A stretch of DNA of 31,423 nt, from contig CAZCCS010000003.1 in the NCBI GenBank assembly GCA_964497005.1, positions 1-31,423 of the forward strand, given 5' to 3'. The position numbers were made by a program, and so were the translations under genes. This DNA is from an uncultured Acidimicrobiaceae bacterium. GTDB taxonomy: Bacteria; Actinomycetota; Acidimicrobiia; Acidimicrobiales; Palsa-688. Of this stretch, positions 1 to 7,023 are shown piece after piece (the stretch's first letter is position 1; every line of letters begins with the position of its first letter). Under the pieces are notes generated by a model. That model saw only the letters and a list, made by a program, of their open reading frames with translations, was not told where the DNA came from and searched no databases.

Positions 1-442
1 GCTCGAGGTAGTCCTGGTGCTCCGGCTCGGCCTCCCAGAACGGTCCCGCCGGCGTAACCTCGGTGACGACCTTGCCCGGCCAAAGCCCGGAGGCGTCGAC
101 GTCTGCGATGGTGTCTTCCGCGACGCGCTTCTGGTCATCGTTGAGGTAGAAGATGGCCGAGCGGTAGCTGGTGCCGACGTCATTGCCCTGGCGGTTCTTC
201 GTGGTCGGATCGTGGATCTGGAAGAACAACTCCAACAGGTCGCGGTATGAAGTCTGCGAGGGGTCGAACGTCACCTCGATGGCCTCGGCGTGGCCGGCGT
301 GGTTGCGGTAGGTGGCGTTCGCCACATCGCCGCCCGTATAGCCCACCCTCGTCGAAATCACGCCCGGCTGCTTGCGGATCAGGTCCTGCATTCCCCAGAA
401 ACAACCTCCGGCGAGGATCGCCTTCTCGTACCGGTCGGTCAC
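1..442 (-). CDS. msrA: Peptide-methionine (S)-S-oxide reductase MsrA, 3' end truncated by the window edge (absent from the ORF track)
   Basis: My translation from GTG at 442: [38 protein letters not shown]...HAEAIEV.FDP...[26 protein letters not shown]...[11 protein letters not shown]. Contains the GCFWG active site; SD GAGGAAAGGAG lies upstream. Confidence 0.97.
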   Translation of the reverse strand, partial: MTDRYEKAILAGGCFWGMQDLIRKQPGVISTRVGYTGGDVANATYRNHAGHAEAIEVTFDPSQTSYRDLLELFFQIHDPTTKNRQGNDVGTSYRSAIFYLNDDQKRVAEDTIADVDASGLWPGKVVTEVTPAGPFWEAEPEHQDYLE

Positions 443-562
443 GGTGTTGCTCCTTTCCTCGGCGGGTCGGCCGAAGAGCTTGCGTCTTGCCCCTGGGAAT
501 CAGGGTACGGGTTTGCCGGCGCTATTCGCCCCGTGGGGCGTCCGAGGGGGCGCCGGATGCGG

Positions 563-655
563 GGCTGCAGAAAGGTTCGGGCTGCGAATTGGGGTCTGGG
601 CGACGGAACGACGCGAAAGTGGCTCGAATCGTCGCCCAAAGTGCGATCTGCAGCC
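563..655. repeat. Nested inverted-repeat element in the pmbA-msrA intergenic region
   Basis: Perfect 9-bp arms GGCTGCAGA (563-571)/TCTGCAGCC (647-655) enclose a second perfect 9-bp pair TGGGCGACG (597-605)/CGTCGCCCA (630-638). Confidence 0.7.
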
Positions 656-699
656 GAGTCCGAGACCCGCCGAAGCCGGCGCCGGCGAAGCGGGCACGC

Positions 700-720
700 A
701 GGGACCCGTGTGCGGGCCCT
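700..720 (-). terminator. GC-rich hairpin overlapping the pmbA stop; possible intrinsic terminator without a U-tract
   Basis: AGGG(A)CCCG-TGTG-CGGG-CCCT: 8-bp stem with one bulge, ending inside the TAG at 719-721. Confidence 0.4.
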
Positions 721-2104
721 ACGCCCCGCTCATCGAGATATCACCAACGGCGAGCGTGAGGCCGGTCGCGTTGGACGGGAGCCGCTCCAGATCGTCGCCG
801 ATGGCGACCACGCCACCGAGCATCCGCTGCAGCGTAGAAGCGATGGTGAACTCGCGGACCGGGCCGGCGAGCGCTCCGCCCTTGATCAGCATGCCTTCCG
901 CCCCGACGGAGAAATCACCCGAGACCGGGTTCACACCCGAGTGCACACCGGAGATCGACTGAACCATCAGGCCGTCGCCCACCTGTGCCAGAACGGCCGC
1001 GGGTGACAGGTCGCCGGGCTCCAACGACAGAGCCCGCGCCCCCGTCCCCGGCCCGCTCTTGAAGCCGCCGCGCACCGCGGAAGCGGTAGAGGCGGTTCCC
1101 GCGCGGCGGGCGGAGTAGGTGTTGTACAAGAACCGCTGCAGAACACCCCGCTCGATAAGCACGTTGCGCCGGGTGGCGAGACCCTCGGCGTCATAGCGGG
1201 AAGCTCCGTACGCATCGGGGTCCGTCGGGTCGTCGACCAAGGTCACGGCCGGAACCGACACCTCCTCGCCGAGCCGGTTGGCGAAAAGCGACCGACCCTT
1301 CAGCACCGATTCCCCGTCTAGGGTGCCGGCGAGAATGCTCAAAAGCGTGGCGGTTATTCGCGGCTCGAACACCACCGTCAGGCGTGACGACTTCGGCTTC
1401 ACCGCCCCGAGAAGGCGAGTCGCGCGCTCAACCGCGTCCACCGCCGCTTTTTCCAATTCCAGGTCTGCCGGGCTGCGACCGACGCTGTACCCACCGCCTG
1501 TCTGTGTCTCCGACCCCGACCCTGCTACCGCGTAGGCGGACAGGTAGCACGACGTGCGGCGCGACGACGCCCTGATGCCGGTGCTCGTCGCAACTGCCGA
1601 TTCGAACGCGGCGTCGCCCCACTCCGACGCCTGTACCTGGCGGATGCGCGGGTCGCCGGCCCGAACCGCCCGATCAAGCTCGATCGCCAGCGACACCTTC
1701 TCGGAGGTCGGGAACGAAGCGAGGTCGTCCCGCCACAAGTCGAGGTCGGCGGGGGCTACGCCGTCAGGTGCGGCCAGTCCGACGTACTCGTCGTCGCTGG
1801 CAAAGCCGGCGTTGTCACGGGCCTCCTCGAGGGTCTCTTCTACGACGTTCGGGTCAAGCGAGCCGGCATAGGCGAACCCCTGGCGCGGCCCCTTCACGAT
1901 GCGGATGCCGATACCGGCTGACTCGGCCGACGACAACGACTCGACGTCGCCCTCGAACACCTGCACCTCGGTGTCACGGCCGCGAGCGACGTACGCCTCC
2001 ACCTGCTCTCCGTCGCGGGCCCAGCCGGCGACCTTGGTGGCCAGCTCGAGCAGGTCCTCCGGGCCGGTGGGGCTACCCTCGCTCCCCTTGCTCAGCTCGC
2101 TCAT
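719..2104 (-). CDS. pmbA: TldD/PmbA family protein, PmbA/TldE (non-catalytic) subunit
   Basis: 461 aa with GESVLKGRSLFANRLGE, VTLVDDP, YDAEG and SGVHSGVNPVSGDFS motifs and no HExxH. ATGA overlap with the tldD stop. Confidence 0.93.
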   Translation of the reverse strand: MSELSKGSEGSPTGPEDLLELATKVAGWARDGEQVEAYVARGRDTEVQVFEGDVESLSSAESAGIGIRIVKGPRQGFAYAGSLDPNVVEETLEEARDNAGFASDDEYVGLAAPDGVAPADLDLWRDDLASFPTSEKVSLAIELDRAVRAGDPRIRQVQASEWGDAAFESAVATSTGIRASSRRTSCYLSAYAVAGSGSETQTGGGYSVGRSPADLELEKAAVDAVERATRLLGAVKPKSSRLTVVFEPRITATLLSILAGTLDGESVLKGRSLFANRLGEEVSVPAVTLVDDPTDPDAYGASRYDAEGLATRRNVLIERGVLQRFLYNTYSARRAGTASTASAVRGGFKSGPGTGARALSLEPGDLSPAAVLAQVGDGLMVQSISGVHSGVNPVSGDFSVGAEGMLIKGGALAGPVREFTIASTLQRMLGGVVAIGDDLERLPSNATGLTLAVGDISMSGA

Positions 2105-3492
2105 CGAGCAGTCCCGCCGATGGTCATCGCGGTCACCCTGAGGGTGGGCTGGCCGTCACCGACGGGGACTCCTTGTCCCTGCTTGCCGCACGTTCCGGGC
2201 GGGCCCATGGCGAAGTCGTTGCCCACGACGTCGATGTTGCGAAGCACCTCGGGACCGTTGCCGATGAGGTTGGCGTCGCGCAGCGGCTCGGTGATGTGGC
2301 CGTCCTCGATCAGGTACGCCTCGGTCATGCCGAAGACGAAGTCGCCGGTGGCAGTGTTCACCTGCCCGCCGCCGAGTTGAGCGACGTAAACGCCATGCGT
2401 CGTCTGCCGGATGATCTCCTCGGGGTCGGACTCGCCGGCGAGCACGTACGTGTTCGTCATGCGGACCATGGGCAGGTGCTGGTAGCTCTCGCGGCGGCCG
2501 TTACCAGAGCTGGCCCGGCCCTCCTTGCGTGAACGCAGCCAGTCCCACATGTAGTCGGTGAGGACGCCGTCTTCGATGAGGACGTTGTGGCCGGCGGGAT
2601 GGCCTTCGTCGTCGATTGCCAGCGCGCCCCACTCGGGCCCCATGGTGCCGTCGTCGACGAGAGTCACGAGCGGACTGGCCACCATCTGGCCCACCTGGCC
2701 GGCGAAAACAGACACCTCCTTCGCAATGTGGTCCGCCTCCAACCCGTGCCCGCACGCCTCGTGGAACAAGACCCCGCCGCTGCCCTGCTTGATGACCACC
2801 GGGAGGCTGCCGGACGGCGCCGGCCGGGCCTTCAGCTTCGTCAGCGCACGGCTGGCCGCGAGACGGGCAAGCTCCTCCACGTCGACGGTCCTGAACAACT
2901 CAAACCCGACTGTGGACCCGACGCTCTCCCGGCCGGTTTGCATCCCGGCGTCCCCGCTGGCGACGCAGCTGACCGCGAAGCGGGTCTTCACCTGGTCGTC
3001 GTTGGCCAGGATCCCCTCGCTATTGGCCACCAGGATTCGCCGGCGGCTGTCGCCGTAGACCGCGCTCACCTGGCGGATCGCTCCGCCCGCAGCTCTCGCG
3101 GCATCGTCGGCCCGCCGCAGCAGGGCAACCTTCTCCGACTTGGGAACGCTCTCGGGCAGGACATCGACAGAGTTGGGCGCCGGCGCCGAAACTAGAGAGA
3201 GCGGAACGGTTCGCACCCCGCCGCCGCCTCCCCGCGCCGCCGCCGCGGCAGCTTCAGCCGCCGCTTTCAGGCCCGCCTCGCTCAGGTCGCTCGTGTGCGC
3301 GAATCCGGTTGTCTCCCCTACCACCACACGGATCCCGGCACCCCGATCGCGGCCCGAAGTGAGCTCCTCCACCCGCCCGTCGTCGAGGCGCGCGGCGCTG
3401 CCACGGCGGTCCTCGGCGAAGATCTCCGCGAAGTCTCCGCCCGTTCGCAGCGCGGTGTCCAGAACACCCTCGACTACTGACTCGTCGATCAA
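2101..3492 (-). CDS. tldD: Metalloprotease TldD
   Basis: HEACGH zinc motif, GRRESY..PMVRMTNT and C-terminal TCGK.GQ.VPV..GQP. Start moved to TTG at 3492 (SD AGGAG about 7 nt upstream), giving 463 aa; the ORF-track extension to 4047 overlaps the next gene. Confidence 0.95.
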   Translation of the reverse strand: MIDESVVEGVLDTALRTGGDFAEIFAEDRRGSAARLDDGRVEELTSGRDRGAGIRVVVGETTGFAHTSDLSEAGLKAAAEAAAAAARGGGGGVRTVPLSLVSAPAPNSVDVLPESVPKSEKVALLRRADDAARAAGGAIRQVSAVYGDSRRRILVANSEGILANDDQVKTRFAVSCVASGDAGMQTGRESVGSTVGFELFRTVDVEELARLAASRALTKLKARPAPSGSLPVVIKQGSGGVLFHEACGHGLEADHIAKEVSVFAGQVGQMVASPLVTLVDDGTMGPEWGALAIDDEGHPAGHNVLIEDGVLTDYMWDWLRSRKEGRASSGNGRRESYQHLPMVRMTNTYVLAGESDPEEIIRQTTHGVYVAQLGGGQVNTATGDFVFGMTEAYLIEDGHITEPLRDANLIGNGPEVLRNIDVVGNDFAMGPPGTCGKQGQGVPVGDGQPTLRVTAMTIGGTAR

Positions 3493-3591
3493 GTCACTTC
3501 TCCTATCAATGCCCCCGGCGACCTGGGTCGCGGTAACGGCCCACCGCCGGCATTGGAACATCGGGAGGCTACCCGCGTACGGTTGATAACT

Positions 3592-3969
3592 GTGGCGCTG
3601 AAGCTGGGATGCTGCGGGCAGGTCGAACTGGTCGTGACCGCCGCGGACACCGCCGGGGCTCTCGGAACCGGAGACGTCCCCGTGTTGTCGACGCCACGAA
3701 TCGTGGAGCTTTGCGAACAAGCCGCGGTGCGCGCTCTGGCAGGGGAGTGCGAGGAGGGTCAGACGTCGGTCGGTTTTCGGGTGGAGGTGACCCACGTGGC
3801 CCCGATCGCGATCGACAGCAAGGTGGTCGCGGCGGCGACTTTGGAGCGGACCGAGGGCAAACGGCTGGTGTTCGGCGTCAACGTCACCGACCGTTGCGGC
3901 CTGGTCGCCGCGGGGCGGGTCACCAGGGTGCTGGTCGATACCACGCAGTTCCTCGACAAGGCGCGCTGA
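3592..3969 (+). CDS. Hotdog-fold thioesterase, FlK (fluoroacetyl-CoA thioesterase)-like
   Basis: GTGDVPVLSTPRIVELCEQAA...SVG.RVEVTHVAP...GRVTRVLV keeps the Thr/Glu/His spacing of the FlK family. GTG at 3592 preferred (TACGGT 8 nt upstream); the ORF track starts at 3553. Confidence 0.85.
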   Translation: MALKLGCCGQVELVVTAADTAGALGTGDVPVLSTPRIVELCEQAAVRALAGECEEGQTSVGFRVEVTHVAPIAIDSKVVAAATLERTEGKRLVFGVNVTDRCGLVAAGRVTRVLVDTTQFLDKAR

Positions 3970-3970
3970 G

Positions 3971-4081
3971 ACACAGGCCCGGCCGGGGCCCCAACCCCGG
4001 CCTCCTCCAGAGCGTGGGGACCCCAACCCCACGCCCGGCCGTAACACAAGCCCGGCCGGGGCCCCAACCCCGGCCTCCTCC
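3971..4081. repeat. REP-like cluster: 38-bp direct repeat x2 containing three related stem-loops
   Basis: ACACA(G/A)GCCCGGCCGGGGCCCCAACCCCGGCCTCCTCC at 3971-4008 and 4044-4081 (1 mismatch). 8-bp hairpins at 3981-4002, 4012-4034 and 4054-4075, with loops CCCCAA/ACCCCAA. Confidence 0.9.
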
Positions 4082-4084
4082 GGA

Positions 4085-4885
4085 CTAGCTGATCGTCACG
4101 GGGGTGCCCAGAGGCAACATCCCGGCGAGCTGGGAAATGACCCCGTTGTCCAGGCGGATGCACCCGTGCGAGACAGGGTGCCCGATCGACCAGGGCTCGT
4201 TCTGCCCGTGGATGCCGATCTGGGCGTCCCCGCCGTTGAAAACGGAATAGGAATCCGAGAACTCCCCCAGCCCGAAGATGTAGGGCCCGTACGCGCCGTT
4301 GGGGTTGTCGGGGCGGATCAGCTCCCACAGATAGGTGTGATCGGGAGGGGTCGGCGTCTTGGAGGCACCGACGGCGGCGGGGACGGTCATCACCACTTTG
4401 TTGCCGTCAAGGACGGTCAGGGTGTCCGAAGCGAGGCTCACGTTGACCGAATAGGTCGTTTCGGTCAACGTCACTCCGGAGGTCTGGATGTATCCAAGGC
4501 TGCCGTTGGGGCGTATCGGCAGCTCGACCTGAGCCCAGCCGGACTCGTCTGGCTGGCCGACTATGGCGAGCACCTCGGGAGCGCCGAAGGGGTTGGCGGC
4601 CGGGAGGGTCCCCACCGGGGGGCCGCCCGGCTGGCTGCTGTACGGCGTCGGCGCGGAGAGGGTGGCGATGAGGCTGGGAACGACCGCCGGCGCTTGCTGG
4701 TCGATCGGCTGTGGAGCCGGCGCCACCGCACCCGAACCCGAAAACGACGGCGCCGCCGCCACCTCTCGCCCACTCCCTCCCTCACCCGCGGGGTGCGGAG
4801 TCGTCAGAATCCAGGCACCGACGCCGCCTGCCATCACTACGACTGCCAGGACGAGCGCGAGGCGCCACCCCCCAGGCTTGCTCAC
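4085..4885 (-). CDS. L,D-transpeptidase (YkuD family), membrane anchored
   Basis: N-terminal TM helix, Pro-rich linker, C-terminal GIHG...SHGCIRL catalytic His/Cys motif. GTG at 4885 preferred; the ORF track gives 4909. Confidence 0.9.
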   Translation of the reverse strand: MSKPGGWRLALVLAVVVMAGGVGAWILTTPHPAGEGGSGREVAAAPSFSGSGAVAPAPQPIDQQAPAVVPSLIATLSAPTPYSSQPGGPPVGTLPAANPFGAPEVLAIVGQPDESGWAQVELPIRPNGSLGYIQTSGVTLTETTYSVNVSLASDTLTVLDGNKVVMTVPAAVGASKTPTPPDHTYLWELIRPDNPNGAYGPYIFGLGEFSDSYSVFNGGDAQIGIHGQNEPWSIGHPVSHGCIRLDNGVISQLAGMLPLGTPVTIS

Positions 4886-4930
4886 GCTTCTATGGTGCCA
4901 CGCGGGCACCTAGGCTGAAGGGTCACTCGC

Positions 4931-5788
4931 ATGGCCGAAAATCCCGAACAGGTAGCTTCAGCGCAGTTGGATCGCGGCCGGCCGGTGCTGCGCTCGCACT
5001 GGTGGCGAGAAGTGATCATCGTCGCCGTCTTCTACGGGCTCTACACCCTGGTGCGCGACATTCGCGGAGACCGGCCGGTGTCACGCTTCCAGGCCTTCCA
5101 CAACGCCAAGCGGGTCATCGGCCTCGAGAAGGTGCTCGGGGTGTTTCACGAGCAGCAGATCCAGCACTGGTTCATTGGTGACTACAGGTTCATCCGGTTC
5201 TGGGACGGCTACTACGGCACTACCCATTTCATCGCGGCGATAGCCGTGCTGCTCCTGTTGTTCTTTTTCTTTCCCGTGCATTACCGGCTGTGGCGCAACA
5301 CCCTGGCGCTCACCAATCTGATCGCGCTCCTCGGGTTCTTCTTCTTCCCCCTGATGCCGCCCCGGCTCCTGCCCTTCGGGACCTACCACTTCGTCGACAC
5401 GCTGAGGGTATTCGGCGGGTTCTGGAACTTCTCCTCCGGGGCGGTCAACGAGGTGTCCAACCAGTACGCCGCCATGCCGAGCCTCCACACCGCGTGGGCA
5501 CTTTGGTGCGCCCTGGCGCTCGCCGAGGTGATCCGTCCTCGCTGGGGCAAGGCGGCCGTGTTCCTTTATCCGGCCGCCACGATCTTCTGCATCGTGGTGA
5601 CCGCCAACCACTATTTCGCCGACGAGGTCGCCGGCGTGCTGGTGCTCGGCGTTGCCTACGTCCTCGCGCGAGTCCTCACCCGGTCGCTGGACCGCTACTA
5701 CAACCGCAAAGAACTCCTAGAACTCCAGCCGCTGGCCGCGGACGCGTGGTCGTCGCCCGAGCGTTGCGGGGGAAGGACCGGCGCTTGA
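4931..5788 (+). CDS. PAP2 superfamily membrane protein, AUR1/inositol-phosphorylceramide-synthase-like (PAP2_3)
   Basis: Multi-TM protein with P.MPPRL, YAAMPSLHTAWA and TANHYFAD motifs (catalytic His-His-Asp pattern). Confidence 0.88.
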   Translation: MAENPEQVASAQLDRGRPVLRSHWWREVIIVAVFYGLYTLVRDIRGDRPVSRFQAFHNAKRVIGLEKVLGVFHEQQIQHWFIGDYRFIRFWDGYYGTTHFIAAIAVLLLLFFFFPVHYRLWRNTLALTNLIALLGFFFFPLMPPRLLPFGTYHFVDTLRVFGGFWNFSSGAVNEVSNQYAAMPSLHTAWALWCALALAEVIRPRWGKAAVFLYPAATIFCIVVTANHYFADEVAGVLVLGVAYVLARVLTRSLDRYYNRKELLELQPLAADAWSSPERCGGRTGA

Positions 5789-6870
5789 CGACGAGAACGG
5801 ACCTGCCGCCGGCGGTGGCGTCGGTGGCGCCCCTCGTCGAAAGGCGGTTGAGGGACCTTCTCGACACGGAGGTCACGAGGTGGAGCGAGGTGGATGCGGC
5901 GCTTGGGGAGCCGTTTTCGAGCCTTCGTGCCTCGGTCCTGTCCGGCGGAAAAAGGCTCCGCCCGGTGTTCTGCTACTGGTCGTTCATCGGGGCCGGCGGG
6001 GATGCGGCGAGCCAGAGCATCGTCGACGCCGGCGCGGCCCTGGAACTCCTCCATAGCGCCGCGCTGATCCATGACGACGTGATCGACGGCTCGGACCGCC
6101 GGCACGGGTCCCCCACCATCCACGTCGAGCAGGCGACCCGCCACCGCGAGCGTGGCTGGCGCGGAAACCCGGAGCGATTCGGAGCCGGCGTCGCGGTGCT
6201 GGTTGGCGACCTGGCGTTGGTGTACGGCGACCGACTCCTCGCCGGCGCTCCCCTTCAGGCTGTCGGCGTGTACGACGAGATGCGCCTCGAAGTCAACGTG
6301 GGTCAGTACCTCGACGTCCTCGGCGCCGCGGACCGGGCCGGTCTCGCCGGCGAGAATGGCGCCGCGCGCTCGGAGCGAATCCGCCGCTACAAGACGGCCA
6401 AGTACACCGTGGAGCGGCCGCTGCACCTCGGAGCCGCGCTCGCGGCTCCCGACAGCTTCGACTATCTCGCCGGCGGTTTGTCGGACTTCGGGCTGCCACT
6501 CGGGGAGGCCTTCCAACTGCGCGACGACCTGCTCGACGTGTTCGGGGACCCGGCTGTCACGGGCAAGCCGGTCGGCGACGACCTCAGGGAGGGCAAGCCG
6601 ACGCTGCTGGCGAGCCTGACCGCGTCCCGGGCGGAGGGGGGTGCCGGCGCCTTCTTCCAAGCGAACTTCGGTTCGCCGGACCTGGACGAGTCGGCTGTCA
6701 GCCGACTGCAGGAGATCATCGAGTCGACCGGGGCGCGTTCGGAGGCCGAGGCGGCGATCCGGCGGCTTCTCGACTCGGCGACCGCCGCCCTCTCCCGGCT
6801 CCCGCTCCGGTCCGAGGCGATCGACGCCCTGGGCGAGGTGGCGAGGTTCGTCGCCGGCCGGGACCGCTGA
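5785..6870 (+). CDS. Polyprenyl (probably geranylgeranyl) diphosphate synthase, IdsA/CrtE-like
   Basis: GGKRLRP, first Asp-rich motif ALIHDDVID.SDRRHG, YKTAKYTVERPL, second motif FQLRDDLLD, GKP.GDDLREGK. TTG at 5785 overlaps the upstream TGA (TTGA); 361 aa. Confidence 0.92.
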   Translation: MTTRTDLPPAVASVAPLVERRLRDLLDTEVTRWSEVDAALGEPFSSLRASVLSGGKRLRPVFCYWSFIGAGGDAASQSIVDAGAALELLHSAALIHDDVIDGSDRRHGSPTIHVEQATRHRERGWRGNPERFGAGVAVLVGDLALVYGDRLLAGAPLQAVGVYDEMRLEVNVGQYLDVLGAADRAGLAGENGAARSERIRRYKTAKYTVERPLHLGAALAAPDSFDYLAGGLSDFGLPLGEAFQLRDDLLDVFGDPAVTGKPVGDDLREGKPTLLASLTASRAEGGAGAFFQANFGSPDLDESAVSRLQEIIESTGARSEAEAAIRRLLDSATAALSRLPLRSEAIDALGEVARFVAGRDR

Positions 6871-7008
6871 CCGCCGGCGGGGCCGGCCCGGGACCCTCCC
6901 AACAATCGTTAGCTATGCGAAGTGGGTAGAGAAAGTCGACCATAGTTCCCTAAATCCACCCAGTAAGCCGGAAGGAGGGACCGTGCCGACCGGAATGCGT
7001 AGAGGGGG

Positions 7009-7023
7009 TACCCTCGGGCGATG
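7009..7023 (+). promoter_or_regulatory. Putative sigma-A -10 box directly upstream of the dxs ATG (leaderless-type start)
   Basis: TACCCT (7009-7014), 6 nt, ATG (7021); no well-placed SD. Confidence 0.55.

Noticed and set aside
466-520. Resemblance to a c-di-GMP-I (GEMM) riboswitch upstream of msrA (minus strand GGCAAACC...hairpin...GACGCAAGC...CGGCC)
   Set aside because: The GNRA tetraloop is absent (loop ATTCC), the GG needed before GACGCAAAG is missing, and a TACCCT -10-like box lies inside it. An Infernal RF01051 scan would settle it.
3493-4047. 185-aa N-terminal extension of TldD in the ORF track
   Set aside because: It overlaps the thioesterase gene antisense and the repeat cluster; an SD-supported TTG at 3492 gives a normal-length TldD.
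3971-4081. Possible CRISPR array (also considered for 18008-18067 and 25341-25435)
   Set aside because: Only two long repeats here; the other two are head-to-tail tandems without unique spacers; no cas genes nearby.
5290-5784. N-terminal 165 aa of the 526-aa ORF
   Set aside because: Alternative frame over the PAP2 gene with Arg/Pro-rich composition; prenyltransferase homology starts after 5785.
6920-6962. MraZ-like GTGG boxes upstream of dxs
   Set aside because: No regularly spaced triple repeat and no dcw cluster context.
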